Below are positions 19,624-30,036 of a stretch of 64,000 bases of DNA, one piece after another. This DNA comes from an uncultured Pseudomonadales bacterium. Its GTDB lineage: Bacteria; Patescibacteriota; Microgenomatia; UBA1400; PJMF01. Both the position numbers and the translations under genes were made by a program. Every line of letters begins with the position of its first letter. Within the stretch, counting starts at the first letter, position 1. Where the stretch lies: contig CAYWDM010000002.1 of the NCBI GenBank assembly GCA_964457085.1, positions 3,816-67,815 of the forward strand. Reading direction: 5' to 3'. The notes below the pieces were generated by a model. It saw only the letters and a program-made list of their open reading frames with translations, had not been told where the DNA came from and searched no databases.

Positions 19624-20569
19624 CACAGCAATTTCAATCGCTGTGATCATTCCAACAGTATATAAAGATAATTTTACTGATGTAATTGCGGCCATCGAAA
19701 GCTTAATGAAGACCGCATTACAGAAGCAGGTAAGAGTGAGCTTTTTAATTTTTATCGATAAAGCAGCTCCTACCGCAAACTTTACTCAAATAAAGAAAAC
19801 AATTGTGAAAGCAACCGGTTGTAATTTGCAACTTGCGTGGAGTCATACTCAAGTTGGGTTCACTGGAGCAATAAATCAGTCTATTTTTCTTACTACTGCT
19901 CAAAACAAATTTGATTGGGTATTAGTATTTAATGATGACGCTGTGGCTAAACCAAATTTTTGGGATGTATCCACTAGATTAATTGATCAAAATCAGGGGA
20001 TTGTCTCGTGTGGGGTCGAGGGCTGGGACGGCGTAATTGAGTCATTTGGTTTGAGACAAAGTGATTGGGGTCTAACCCTCCCAGTCAAAATCAAAAGTAC
20101 CATAAAAAACTCAAGTAAACTATTTTCTGGAACCTGTTTTTTTATATCTGGTAAAACTGCCAAGAAGTTGTGTGATGAATTTGGTTTTTTCTTTTTTCCA
20201 TTATTTTTTGCTTATGCTGAGGATTTTGAGTTATCAATTCGGCTGAATAGATTAGGCATTCCGGTTTCTGTAGATCAGGTTATTCGTGTCAAACATAAAG
20301 GGTCGCAAACAAGTGGGCGAGGCAGCTCTTTCCAGTTATTTTATGGACTCAGAAATGATTTTTTTGTACATGCATTACATCACTCATTTTCAATTAGTTT
20401 TTTTTGGTATGTGCTGCGATTTCTGGTATATATAACTTTATTGTCTTGGTATAAAGGGTATGTGCTATTGCCATTGAAGATTCTTGGCAGCATGTATAAG
20501 AATCGCAGCGTGATACATTTCTGGCGCAAACAATATGATCAAAAACTACCGCATTCTTATTCCTTTTAA
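19598..20569 (+). CDS. Glycosyltransferase family 2
   Basis: Contains ISIAVIIPTVYKDNF and a DxD motif (VFNDDAV). Confidence 0.6.
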   Translation: MLKTTGKTNTAISIAVIIPTVYKDNFTDVIAAIESLMKTALQKQVRVSFLIFIDKAAPTANFTQIKKTIVKATGCNLQLAWSHTQVGFTGAINQSIFLTTAQNKFDWVLVFNDDAVAKPNFWDVSTRLIDQNQGIVSCGVEGWDGVIESFGLRQSDWGLTLPVKIKSTIKNSSKLFSGTCFFISGKTAKKLCDEFGFFFFPLFFAYAEDFELSIRLNRLGIPVSVDQVIRVKHKGSQTSGRGSSFQLFYGLRNDFFVHALHHSFSISFFWYVLRFLVYITLLSWYKGYVLLPLKILGSMYKNRSVIHFWRKQYDQKLPHSYSF

Positions 20570-21737
20570 TGCTTCTTGGCAGGACGGTTGTGACTATGCA
20601 CAGCAAACGATCAGATTGTTAGCAGGTAGCAATCAAGTTGTGGCAGTGCCGATGGCACATGAGCGGTCATTGCTCATTTTTTTTATTGATTTGTTTAAAA
20701 CGAGCTCATTTTTTGAGATTTGGAATCAAGCTGAGGTTTTTACACCAGTGGTGTTTTTACCATTTCGACGATTTTTGCTAGTAAAAAAGTGCAACATACT
20801 ACTCAATGTTTTGTTAATTCAAAGCATTCTTTCATTTAAAGCCATTTTTAATGGTCAGAAAAATCAAAAACATAGCCAGAGCAAACAACTTGTTTGGTTT
20901 TTTGAGCCACAATTTTCGTCTCTTTGGCTGCAGTTATTGGGTAATACTTGGAAAAGTATCTATGACTGTGTTGATTTTTGGCCTGGGTTTTCTGGTGAAA
21001 TAAGTCGTCAACATTATAATTTGCTTGATAAAGCCAATTTCGTGGCAGTAAACTCGCATGCCTTATTGCAGTCAGTAAAAAAGGTGAGAGCTGATGTGAT
21101 TCAAGTGCCGCTTGGATTTGCAGATCTTGATTTTGCACAGGCGAATCTTGGAGTTAAAACAACTCACAACAATAAAAAAAGCAATCAACAATCACTTGTA
21201 TTTGGATTTGTGGGACAAATTGGCAACCGATTCGACTTTAATTGGTTGCTGTCGCTTATACAGGCTTTTCCTAGGCACAAATTCGAATTTGTTGGTTCAG
21301 TTTGGTCATGGAAAGAGCTGGATGACAATGAGATGAACCAGAAAATAGATATACTCAAATCACAACCAAACTGTATTTTTAAACCACCGGTTCCAAAATC
21401 AGAAATTCCAGCTGTGATTGCACATTTTGATTTTGGACTAATTCCTTACGATACCACTCAAGTTTTTAACAAAAATTGTCACCCACTGAAGTTGTATGAG
21501 TATTGGTATTTTGGAAAACCAGTAATCGCAACTGCTATTACTGAATTAAAAAAATCTCAGAATGTATTGATTGCTTCAGACAAAATTGTTGAGGTGATTG
21601 CATGGACTCAAGCCACAATAACTAAGGGGTATCCAGATTCGAAACGCAAGCTATCACAACGAAAAGCAGCTGCTAATTCTTGGCAGGCAAAAATTCAGGA
21701 GATTTCTGAATTGATTGAAAAAGGTGGCTCATCTTGA
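20535..21737 (+). CDS. Glycosyltransferase, GT-B/GT1-like (paralog of 32941..34107)
   Basis: The C-terminal motif GLIPYD....CHPLKLYEYWYFGKPVIAT is shared with the ORF at 32941 (ITYD...CHPIKLYQYYAMGFPVVSV). Confidence 0.45.
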   Translation: MIKNYRILIPFNASWQDGCDYAQQTIRLLAGSNQVVAVPMAHERSLLIFFIDLFKTSSFFEIWNQAEVFTPVVFLPFRRFLLVKKCNILLNVLLIQSILSFKAIFNGQKNQKHSQSKQLVWFFEPQFSSLWLQLLGNTWKSIYDCVDFWPGFSGEISRQHYNLLDKANFVAVNSHALLQSVKKVRADVIQVPLGFADLDFAQANLGVKTTHNNKKSNQQSLVFGFVGQIGNRFDFNWLLSLIQAFPRHKFEFVGSVWSWKELDDNEMNQKIDILKSQPNCIFKPPVPKSEIPAVIAHFDFGLIPYDTTQVFNKNCHPLKLYEYWYFGKPVIATAITELKKSQNVLIASDKIVEVIAWTQATITKGYPDSKRKLSQRKAAANSWQAKIQEISELIEKGGSS

Positions 21738-23007
21738 GTATCACAATCAGTGATATTGAGTGTAGGATTTCTGCTCCAATATTCGCAGCAATGATGCCAG
21801 TGATCGCAAATTTAGGAACTAACAACCAACTAAGCATTATTTTGAATAAAAAGCTCAGTGACATAGCCCAGAGTGTCTGTTTTTGAAACCCAAAAAAGTC
21901 TAGAAAGTGTCTAATCGGTAGTACCCAGCTATTTGCAACCAACTTCCAAATGAGTAGCCATGCAAGTTGACTGGTGATAATAACTGATCCTGTGTTGCCA
22001 AAGAGCAAGACAATCCATGGTTTAAATACCAGCAGTAATAGAGAGCCAATAACTCCAAGTGACAAGCTGATAAGGCCATTTTTGATGGCAAAGTTAAATC
22101 CTTTTGTTGGTTGATTTTGGAATGCACCCAATCTGGTTTGAAGTAAGTTGAGGATTGGGAGAAACACCAATTCCAGTAGAGTTGCAAGTGCGAGTAGTAA
22201 GCTAAAAATACCCACAACTGCAGGACCATGGAAGATAGTGAGCCAATACACGTCACTTGAACTATAGAGTACATACAGTGCTAGTGAGCCACTGAGTAAA
22301 AAACTTTGATGCCAATAGTTTTTTCTGACTTTTGACCAAAGTGTAATTCCGACAGGGGATTGTAGTTTTTTCCAGGCTTTTGTCGCTAATATAGCTGTAA
22401 CTAGGCAAACTCCAATGACTGCACTGTTTAGGTGTTGAGGGATCCAATTTTGCCAACCAATTCCAAGAGCTATCATGATGGCTAAACTTGCCAATCGAAA
22501 CAATGGTTGCCCAATGTATTTGCCAAAAGCAAAGGCAAGATACTGCTTACGCCCGTTAAACCATGCCCACAGAATTTCTCCAATTCCTATTAGTGGAACT
22601 GACCAGAGGTATGTTGAGGGTAGAATTTGAGTCTTGGAAATTAAATTTGGCCAAATTGAAAATATAATTTGAGCAGTGATTGCTAAAGCCGTGCCACTTA
22701 TCAATGCAAAAACTAGTGAATCAAGTAAGAAATTTCTTTGGATGCTTTGTTTTGGTTGATCTTTTGCAGTCCAAATAGTGACGGTCATTGGCAAACCTAA
22801 AATAGCCAACGCTGCTAATAAATTAGTGGTGGTAAGAATAAACTCAATTTCGCCAACAGCACTCGATCCTTGTCTAGCAGTGATAATTTTCCAAACTAGA
22901 CTTAGAGCTTTCCCAAACACCATACTCACCGCAACCAATGCTGATTCAGCCATTAGTGGATGCGATTTAATGGTATTTGTAAGTCGATCTAGCAACGTGT
23001 ACCTCAC
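21673..23007 (-). CDS. Wzx-like polysaccharide flippase (MOP/MATE-superfamily polysaccharide biosynthesis protein)
   Basis: 444 aa with about 12 predicted TM helices, lying in a glycan locus. Uses a GTG start. Confidence 0.5.
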   Translation of the reverse strand: MRYTLLDRLTNTIKSHPLMAESALVAVSMVFGKALSLVWKIITARQGSSAVGEIEFILTTTNLLAALAILGLPMTVTIWTAKDQPKQSIQRNFLLDSLVFALISGTALAITAQIIFSIWPNLISKTQILPSTYLWSVPLIGIGEILWAWFNGRKQYLAFAFGKYIGQPLFRLASLAIMIALGIGWQNWIPQHLNSAVIGVCLVTAILATKAWKKLQSPVGITLWSKVRKNYWHQSFLLSGSLALYVLYSSSDVYWLTIFHGPAVVGIFSLLLALATLLELVFLPILNLLQTRLGAFQNQPTKGFNFAIKNGLISLSLGVIGSLLLLVFKPWIVLLFGNTGSVIITSQLAWLLIWKLVANSWVLPIRHFLDFFGFQKQTLWAMSLSFLFKIMLSWLLVPKFAITGIIAANIGAEILHSISLIVILKMSHLFQSIQKSPEFLPAKN

Positions 23008-23031
23008 TTCACGTATGATTATAGTTGAGTT

Positions 23032-25371
23032 ATGTTAGAAAAGATTCCTGTTCCAGTATTCTGGTTGAGTTACTTTGCCTTGATGTTATTGCTGCTGATG
23101 TTGGGTGAAACATTTATTGGCATTTTTGTAATGGTGACAATAGCAGTTTTCATGCAGCTATTTTTGCACACCAGGAGCCAAAGGCCGAGCCATCCTTGGT
23201 ATAAGCTTTCTGTTGCTCTGGCAAGTATTTTTTTAGTTTGGTTGTTGATTACCAGCATATTTTCAATTAGTTGGCCGCTATCACTCCAAGCTGTGTTCGA
23301 ATGGGTATTTATCATTAATCTATTCTTTTGGTTTTTAGAGGCACCTTGGAACGACATTGATCGTAGGTTTTGGTTGTTAGGAGTAATGATGTTGGGGTTG
23401 GTATTGGTATTTTTAGGTATAGCTGCGTTGTTTTTCCCTCAATATAGTTACCTTATTCCGGGAATGAACTTGATATATCCTACCTATGGTCACAATCATT
23501 TAGGGGTAGTGCTTTTGATGACTATTCCAATGTTTTGGGCAGCAGCTAAGGAGTGGCCATCGAAAGTGACACAGACAATAGCCATACTGTTTAACATTAC
23601 GCCAGTATTTACATTTGGACGGGTGATTATTGGCCTAACTATACTTCAGCTTTTTTTTGTTCATCAACGTTTGTTACAAAAATCGAAAATAGTGTGGTGG
23701 GTGATTCGAATTGGAAGCGGGGCACTGATATTTTCACTTATAGTGCAGTTTTTGCTTGGTTGGTATGTTGACCAAGGTCATACATGTCCAATTCCACAGT
23801 ATCGAAATCAAGTCTGTAAATCGTGGAAGGAGGAACGTCGCAGTTGGTACTCTGAGCAGGCTGTTGCTGGATTCAAAGAAAGAGTTTGGACGGGTTCTGG
23901 ACCGGGTACTTTTGGTTTGGTTTCAGAAAAACATCGACAATTACCGGCATTTTCCACTGGCTTTGCTCATAATGATTATTTGCAGTTTTTTGTTGAATAT
24001 GGGATTGCTGGGGGCTTGATGTTTTGTGCAGGATTTTTTTGGCTATTATTTAAACTCAAGCCAACTCAAGTAAGGGGAGGACACGATGTGCTGTACCAGG
24101 GTATTTATTGGGGGCTAGTATCTGTAGCAATCAATTCATTTTTTGATTTTGACCTCAATTACATCGGTGTTATTTCTATGATGTTTATGGGATTGGGCTT
24201 GTTAAGCAAATGGGAAAAAGTTGAGCCTTGGCCAAAAAAACTTGCTGCATTTGATTTTGTTGTTGTCTGGTGGCATAAGTGGTTTCATGTAGCCGCATTA
24301 ACCTTTTTGGTTGGTGTTGCACTACTATTTGCTACAACAAATATATTATTGGATTTGGGTAAATCAGAATCTGTGTTGCGTTATTTTCCTTACTTTCATT
24401 GGCAATCAAAGATTCTGTATGACAAATTGCCAGATACATCACTAGTGTTGCAAGACCGGTTTAGAGGTATTTATTGGCACCATTCCAACTTAATCAGTTC
24501 GTCTACAGAAAGTGTGGCTATGACAAGTGATGAAGTACGACGATTCAGGCACTTATTCGAGATTGATCCTTGGTCGAGGATGCATAAAGAGACGTATAGT
24601 TACTACATGAACCGAGGTGACTACCGAAATGCAGAAATTGAACTATCAGCAGCCAATGCATTCTTTATGAAGCAAATGCAGTCAGGCTTTGGTAGAGAAA
24701 ATATTCCAAATGAAGCTAAGGAGTCTTTATCTAGATCAATGATGTGGCTTGCTGATTTACAATTTCAACAAGGAAGGTTCATTGAAGGTGCAGAATCAAT
24801 GGTAAGTGCCCAAAAATATTTTGAATGGGCATTTAATGACTCACCATTTTGCAGTTCATTGCCTTTGTTTTATCGACAAAATATTGTCGTAGCTGTAGAT
24901 GTAACCAATAAAATAAAAGATATACCTAAACAATATTTTGGAAAGTGTCGTGATGATTTTGCAGATTTATATATAAAGTTGTATCGAGAGGCCTTGTCAA
25001 CTAATCAGTGCGATTCTGTTTGCGAAGACTTTATATCTGAGGTGATTGCATATCAGCCTCGCAAAGCAGTTTTATTTTGGGAACAGCTGTATCCCATTCA
25101 TGAGCAGTTGATCTCAACTGCGTTGACTGATGGGAAGATTGACGAAACGATTCAAAATTGGCACCAATTGATGAGTTCAATTCGAGTTATAGAGCAACAT
25201 GTGCCTCAAAATGAGGACGAAACTAGTTGGGGGAAACGAGAAAAAGAGCAGTTAATTCTACTTTCAAATCAGATATTGCCTAAGCTAGCTTCAAAAGGGC
25301 AAGATTATCAGCTAGTGAACAGTAAAATACTCAGAGAAGACTCAAAGTGGTTGTCTCAAACCTTACGGTAG
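23032..25371 (+). CDS. O-antigen ligase/polymerase (Wzy_C) family membrane protein with ~400-aa C-terminal soluble extension (paralog of 8821..11295)
   Basis: Multi-TM N-terminal half carrying ..WTGSGPGTFGLVSEKH...FAHNDYLQFFVEYGIAGG.. The C-terminal half is hydrophilic and alpha-helical. Confidence 0.55.
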   Translation: MLEKIPVPVFWLSYFALMLLLLMLGETFIGIFVMVTIAVFMQLFLHTRSQRPSHPWYKLSVALASIFLVWLLITSIFSISWPLSLQAVFEWVFIINLFFWFLEAPWNDIDRRFWLLGVMMLGLVLVFLGIAALFFPQYSYLIPGMNLIYPTYGHNHLGVVLLMTIPMFWAAAKEWPSKVTQTIAILFNITPVFTFGRVIIGLTILQLFFVHQRLLQKSKIVWWVIRIGSGALIFSLIVQFLLGWYVDQGHTCPIPQYRNQVCKSWKEERRSWYSEQAVAGFKERVWTGSGPGTFGLVSEKHRQLPAFSTGFAHNDYLQFFVEYGIAGGLMFCAGFFWLLFKLKPTQVRGGHDVLYQGIYWGLVSVAINSFFDFDLNYIGVISMMFMGLGLLSKWEKVEPWPKKLAAFDFVVVWWHKWFHVAALTFLVGVALLFATTNILLDLGKSESVLRYFPYFHWQSKILYDKLPDTSLVLQDRFRGIYWHHSNLISSSTESVAMTSDEVRRFRHLFEIDPWSRMHKETYSYYMNRGDYRNAEIELSAANAFFMKQMQSGFGRENIPNEAKESLSRSMMWLADLQFQQGRFIEGAESMVSAQKYFEWAFNDSPFCSSLPLFYRQNIVVAVDVTNKIKDIPKQYFGKCRDDFADLYIKLYREALSTNQCDSVCEDFISEVIAYQPRKAVLFWEQLYPIHEQLISTALTDGKIDETIQNWHQLMSSIRVIEQHVPQNEDETSWGKREKEQLILLSNQILPKLASKGQDYQLVNSKILREDSKWLSQTLR

Positions 25372-25989
25372 ATGAAGAAATCTGCGTAGCTCATGGATGA
25401 TTAGTTTGAAGATGATTTCACACTCAAAACCTAGACCACCCTCTAAAAGAGTTGACTCCTCAAGTTTCCTCCAAATTTGCAGCGATTTATGTCGATCCTT
25501 TGAGAGAGTCCAATATGAAAAGATTCCAGGTTTTACTTGGTAGCGAAAATCCCAACTACTGTCGAGTAATTTAGTTTCATTCACGGGCAGTGGTCGAGGA
25601 CCCACAAAACTCATTTGACCTCTAAGTATATTTATTAGTTGTGGCAATTCATCAAAACCAGTTCGTGACAGCCATCCCCCTATGCCGATAAATCTTGGGT
25701 CATTGAATATCTTAAACATTGGGTATGGGGCTTGATTTAGATGCTTATATTTATTGCGGTCTATCTCCGCACCTTGTCGCATGGTTCGAAACTTGAGCAT
25801 CAAAAATGTTTTTTTATTAATTCCGCTGCGACTTTGGGCAAAAAGTACTGGATTTCCGATAGTAATGAATATTGCAATTGCAAGAACTGCAAGCAATGGA
25901 CTGAGTAAGAACAGCATCGATACAGACAACACCACGTCAAAAATGCGTTTCTCTGTCGAGAAATAGTAAGGATGGGGTCTATTATTCAT
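25363..25989 (-). CDS. Small monotopic phosphoglycosyltransferase (bacterial sugar transferase, PglC/WbaP C-terminal-domain type)
   Basis: Contains RIFDVVLS..LLLSPLLAVLAIAI.. and ..RTGFDELPQLINILRGQMSFVGPRPL, which is the sugar-transferase signature. Confidence 0.75.
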   Translation of the reverse strand: MNNRPHPYYFSTEKRIFDVVLSVSMLFLLSPLLAVLAIAIFITIGNPVLFAQSRSGINKKTFLMLKFRTMRQGAEIDRNKYKHLNQAPYPMFKIFNDPRFIGIGGWLSRTGFDELPQLINILRGQMSFVGPRPLPVNETKLLDSSWDFRYQVKPGIFSYWTLSKDRHKSLQIWRKLEESTLLEGGLGFECEIIFKLIIHELRRFLHLP

Positions 25990-26008
25990 TCAAGTCCTAA
26001 CACAGAGG

Positions 26009-27304
26009 TTACGACTTAACCCCAAGTGCTGTCAATCCGGGAAGTGTATTGCCGCTGAGATACTCGAGAGCAGCACTGCCTGCAGCAGACACAAAGTCAT
26101 ACCGATCAGCAAGACCAAATTTATGAATTGCTCCAATAGTATCGCCACCTCCCAAAATGGTGAGGGCACTTGAGCGAGCTATTGCTCGAGCGATTTCAGC
26201 AGTGCCTTGGGTATATTTCTCATCTTCATAGACACCCATCGGTCCATTCCAGAAAATAGTACCTGCCTGCAGAATTAACTCTTTGTAGAGTTTAATGGTG
26301 TTAGGCCCGATATCTAGATACATTAATTCTTTGTCATTTTCAGTGTCTTTACTGTCATGTGTCAAATCTACAATTTCTGTTGTTTCTGCAGTCATTGAAG
26401 CAGCTGCTACGACGTCGGTTGGCACAATGATTTTGGGTAGAGGAATATAGCCATCCTTCATTAATCTTTCTGATTTGTGTGCTTCAATAATATCGTCAGC
26501 GACTTTGACGTAATTGATTGATTCCTGTGCAGCATCAACAGGCTCATCTTCTAAGAATGATTTATGAGTCTCAATGCCCTCTGCTTTTAGGAAATTATTG
26601 GCCACACCACCGCCAACCAAAACTGCATCAGCAACGTTGCTGAGATTGGTGAGTGCACCAACTTTATCGGAGATCTTAGCACCACCAACAAGAATCACGA
26701 ATGGACGACGTGGTTGAGATAGTAATTTATCGAGATTTTCTACCTCTTCAGCTAAGCGGAAACCTGCAAAGCTAGGTAGATAGGGTGACAGGCCAACCAT
26801 GGAGGCATGAGAACGGTGAGCGTTTGAAAATGCTTCATCAATGTATATCTCGGCAAGACTTGCCAGAGCTTTGCCAAATTCAGGATCATTTTTCTTTTCT
26901 GCTTTGTAGAAACGAAGGTTTTCGAGTACTAAAATCTCACCTGGAGCAAGCGAGCCCACCGCTTGTTGTACTTCATTGCCAATACATGCTGGAACAAATT
27001 TAACTGGTAAGTTGTAATTCTTGCCTAAATATTCTGCCACAGGAGCCATGGAGAGTTGACCATCACTGGTGCTTTTGCCAGTTTCATCAACCTGTTCTGA
27101 CTTGGGACGACCGAGATGTGACATCAAAATTACTTTGGCATTATTCTCGACAAGGAAACGAATTGTCTTGAGTGCAACTTCAATGCGAGTTGGGTCTTTA
27201 ACTACGGATGGTGAGACAGTTTTATCAAGAGGCACGTTGAAATCAACTCTGACAATTACGGTTTTATTACTAATTGCCTGAACTGAGGGAACTGTAAGCT
27301 GCAT
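26009..27304 (-). CDS. pgk: Phosphoglycerate kinase
   Basis: Contains VIVRVDFNVPLDK..ILMSHLGRPK.. and ..GGGDT.. Confidence 0.9.
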   Translation of the reverse strand: MQLTVPSVQAISNKTVIVRVDFNVPLDKTVSPSVVKDPTRIEVALKTIRFLVENNAKVILMSHLGRPKSEQVDETGKSTSDGQLSMAPVAEYLGKNYNLPVKFVPACIGNEVQQAVGSLAPGEILVLENLRFYKAEKKNDPEFGKALASLAEIYIDEAFSNAHRSHASMVGLSPYLPSFAGFRLAEEVENLDKLLSQPRRPFVILVGGAKISDKVGALTNLSNVADAVLVGGGVANNFLKAEGIETHKSFLEDEPVDAAQESINYVKVADDIIEAHKSERLMKDGYIPLPKIIVPTDVVAAASMTAETTEIVDLTHDSKDTENDKELMYLDIGPNTIKLYKELILQAGTIFWNGPMGVYEDEKYTQGTAEIARAIARSSALTILGGGDTIGAIHKFGLADRYDFVSAAGSAALEYLSGNTLPGLTALGVKS

Positions 27305-27359
27305 ATAAATCCTTTACCTTTTTTATGACCCTACCAATAATAGTAAATAATACTAGGCT

Positions 27360-27388
27360 TTGCCATGATTACTCAAGCATCTTATGAT
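27360..27388 (+). promoter_or_regulatory. Candidate sigma70-type promoter for rpsA (TTGCCA, 17-nt spacer, TATGAT)
   Basis: TTGCCA at 27360-27365, a 17-nt spacer, and TATGAT at 27383-27388. An AGGGG Shine-Dalgarno follows before the ATG at 27427. Confidence 0.4.
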
Positions 27389-27426
27389 ATACTTCACGAA
27401 TCTTCAAAGAAAGGGGATTCTTTTCT

Positions 27427-28623
27427 ATGGGCACTGATGCTCAACAGAGTAAACCTAAAACAATGGCCGACCTTATGGCCAGTAACGCAGTCACTTTTGT
27501 GATTCCTAAAAAAGGCGCCACAATTAGTGGTGTAGTCGTTGCAAAAGATAAGCGTAATCTCACAATCGACCTCGGCTCAAAAACCGAAGGTATCGTGGCT
27601 GAGAAAGAATTTGATTTCGCTTCCGATTTCGTGAAGGATCTCAAAGTTGGCGATAAAGTCACTGCAGTGGTAGTCTCGTCAGAGAACGACCGCGGTCAGG
27701 TGATCTTATCTCTCAAAGGCGCCGCTTCGGATGCCAAATGGGAATATTTCGAGAAATGCATGGCTGACGATGAAACTCTTGAGGCAAAAGGTCTTGAGAT
27801 TAATCGTGGTGGCTTAATTGTATTAATCAATGGCGTGCGAGGTTTTGTGCCTTCCAGTCAATTTGGTCGAGCATTTGTAGGCAAAATTCAGCAATTAAAA
27901 GGTGTAGATTTCAAGGTCAAAGCTATCGAAGTTGATCGTGAGAAAAACCGTTTAATCTTCTCAGAGCGTCATGTAAGTGAGGCTCGTGAGTTGGCTCAAA
28001 AAGAGTTGGCTTTGGAGAAGGTTCAGGTAAACACCATCTACGAAGGTGTCGTCTCAGGTGTAATGCACTTTGGTCTATTTGTAACTGTTGAAGTTCCTGT
28101 AGATGAAATTGCCAAAATCGCTAAAGTTTCCAAAAAAGTTAAGGTCGTCGCTCCAGTTGAGGGTGAGGCAGTAGCTGAAGATGCAGAGGCAAAAGCTCCC
28201 AATGTTGGATATGTCGAAGGTTTAATTCACATTTCCGAGATTAGTTGGGAAAAAGTTGGTCATCCAAAGGATTACCACAAAGTTGGTGATCGCTTGAAAG
28301 TTAAAGTGCTCGGTATTGATGAAAAGACCGGCAAATTAAATCTCTCAGTGAAACAACTTCAAGATGATCCATGGCAGAAGATTTCTGAGGCTTACCCAGT
28401 TGGAACTACTTTCACTGGCAAAGTTTCTCGAATTGAAGCTTTCGGCGTCTTTGTAAATGTCGAGCCAGGTGTCGATGGTTTAATCCATGCCACTAAGCTT
28501 GATCCAAGTCGCGACCTCAAGGTCGGCGAAGAAGTCACTGTCAATGTTGAGAGTGTGATTCCAGAGCAACGACGAATGAGTCTATCCATGGTGTTAACTG
28601 AAGTGCCAATGGGCTACAAGTAA
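27427..28623 (+). CDS. rpsA: 30S ribosomal protein S1 (short, 4 S1-domain form)
   Basis: Repeated S1 domains (G..ISGVVVAKDK..., GVVSGVMHFGLFV, GKVSRIEAFGVFV). Length 398 aa. Confidence 0.75.
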   Translation: MGTDAQQSKPKTMADLMASNAVTFVIPKKGATISGVVVAKDKRNLTIDLGSKTEGIVAEKEFDFASDFVKDLKVGDKVTAVVVSSENDRGQVILSLKGAASDAKWEYFEKCMADDETLEAKGLEINRGGLIVLINGVRGFVPSSQFGRAFVGKIQQLKGVDFKVKAIEVDREKNRLIFSERHVSEARELAQKELALEKVQVNTIYEGVVSGVMHFGLFVTVEVPVDEIAKIAKVSKKVKVVAPVEGEAVAEDAEAKAPNVGYVEGLIHISEISWEKVGHPKDYHKVGDRLKVKVLGIDEKTGKLNLSVKQLQDDPWQKISEAYPVGTTFTGKVSRIEAFGVFVNVEPGVDGLIHATKLDPSRDLKVGEEVTVNVESVIPEQRRMSLSMVLTEVPMGYK

Positions 28624-28649
28624 ACCCGGATTCTAAATCTGTAATCAAA

Positions 28650-28677
28650 CCCCGCTGCAAACAGAGCGGGGTTTTTG
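28650..28677 (+). terminator. Rho-independent terminator after rpsA
   Basis: The stem CCCCGCT / AGCGGGG is followed by TTTTT. Confidence 0.5.
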
Positions 28678-28805
28678 GTTATCGCGTCAATAATTTTCCG
28701 TTGCAGGTGAGTTACAACGTTTAAACTTCTCGATTGCATTCACTTCTCGGTTTGGCTAAACTAATGCAGACGTAGTACGTATTTTTTTGCGTTAAGAAAA
28801 TAAAA

Positions 28806-29702
28806 ATGACCGAGGGTTTCCAAAGAAAACCAGTGCAAGAGATTGGGAAAAGTCCGGAACGGGCAGCGACGCTAGAAGCGGTTGTCGAAAAAACAAAGGA
28901 ACTATATTCTGATTTGAAGAGTTTCGTGGCTCAGCGTGAATCTTTATCCATTGAGCTCAAATACGCAAAACTAACTGAGTTGGCTGCACTACTCGCACAA
29001 GTTCCACCCACGCCTGAGAGCGAATATAGCAGCGACGTCGAATCACTCGGATCAGAACTCTCTTCAATAAAGATAACCGATGCGGCAAATGAGAAAAAAG
29101 TAATTGCTTTAAAACTGCAGGAACATCTGCAAAACATACTTGATTTACTAAAATTTACCATCCGAGATGGCGCACTCAATCGATTAGTTGATGCAACCGA
29201 AGGTTTGTATGAAAGTGGTGGTCCACTAACAGGTATGGATGCTGCACTGCATCAATTATTTCAAGAGAATAAACACATGAGCGATAGAATCAAGCGCCTT
29301 GCTCACAAAATTAGGGAGAATCTTGGTGATGACCAAGATCATGATCTAACACGCAGTGATCATAGGGAGGCAATTGCAGCCAGAACCACACTTTTAAAAG
29401 AGTATGAGGCCAAGCTACTAGCTAGAGCCGAACGTTTGCAAGATAAATCAATCGCCGCCCTAGTGAAAGTGGCAATTCAGCGTTGGAGTAAAAACCCAGA
29501 TGATACTCAAAAGATAGACGAACTCGAGATGGTTGTGAAAGAGCGACTTTTTTATGCACAACAAGTATTTCTGGTGAGAAAAAAAGTTGATAACTTCGCA
29601 TTTAGCCTGGTACTTCCATCAAAAGTTAGCGAATTGCTTGAATCATTAGACACAATTTTGGCAAGCGAGTCGGCTCCAGAAGCAGATGAAACTGCCACAT
29701 AA
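28806..29702 (+). CDS. Hypothetical protein (predicted alpha-helical/coiled-coil)
   Basis: 298 aa with no recognisable motifs. Visibly GC-richer than the flanking glycan genes. Confidence 0.4.
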   Translation: MTEGFQRKPVQEIGKSPERAATLEAVVEKTKELYSDLKSFVAQRESLSIELKYAKLTELAALLAQVPPTPESEYSSDVESLGSELSSIKITDAANEKKVIALKLQEHLQNILDLLKFTIRDGALNRLVDATEGLYESGGPLTGMDAALHQLFQENKHMSDRIKRLAHKIRENLGDDQDHDLTRSDHREAIAARTTLLKEYEAKLLARAERLQDKSIAALVKVAIQRWSKNPDDTQKIDELEMVVKERLFYAQQVFLVRKKVDNFAFSLVLPSKVSELLESLDTILASESAPEADETAT

Positions 29703-29818
29703 TCTCAACAGTTGATTTGCTGAAAAATCTACTCGCGTTCAACAGAGCGAATTCAGTCTTTTTATTGGTCTTTCAATTCTTTCGACACATTTTGATCTGA
29801 AAATGGTATAATGCCAAC

Positions 29819-29989
29819 ATGTCCAAGCAACGCATGATCGTAACCGACGACCAGTTACTTATTGATATGGATTTATTGTTCAACGCCATCCGTGAAGCAG
29901 ATGGTGATTGGCAAAAAGTCGAGCAAGATATGAAAGCGTACCTAGGAGCCGTACAGTCGATGGCTGGTGAAGTCAGCGACCAATCCTAA
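29819..29989 (+). CDS. Small ORF (56 aa), hypothetical
   Basis: An ATG-initiated ORF (MSKQRMIVTDDQLLIDMDLLFNAIREADGDWQKVEQDMKAYLGAVQSMAGEVSDQS) lies in an otherwise empty 330-bp gap. It is too short for the ORF track. Confidence 0.2.
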   Translation: MSKQRMIVTDDQLLIDMDLLFNAIREADGDWQKVEQDMKAYLGAVQSMAGEVSDQS

Positions 29990-30036
29990 ATAAAGTATTA
30001 CGGCGTGCTCGTCTTGCCCCGAGCAGATAGCACACT

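Noticed and set aside
21900-22456. ORFs 21900-22274 and 22262-22456 (-)
   Set aside because: They are out-of-frame overlaps within the Wzx-like flippase gene.
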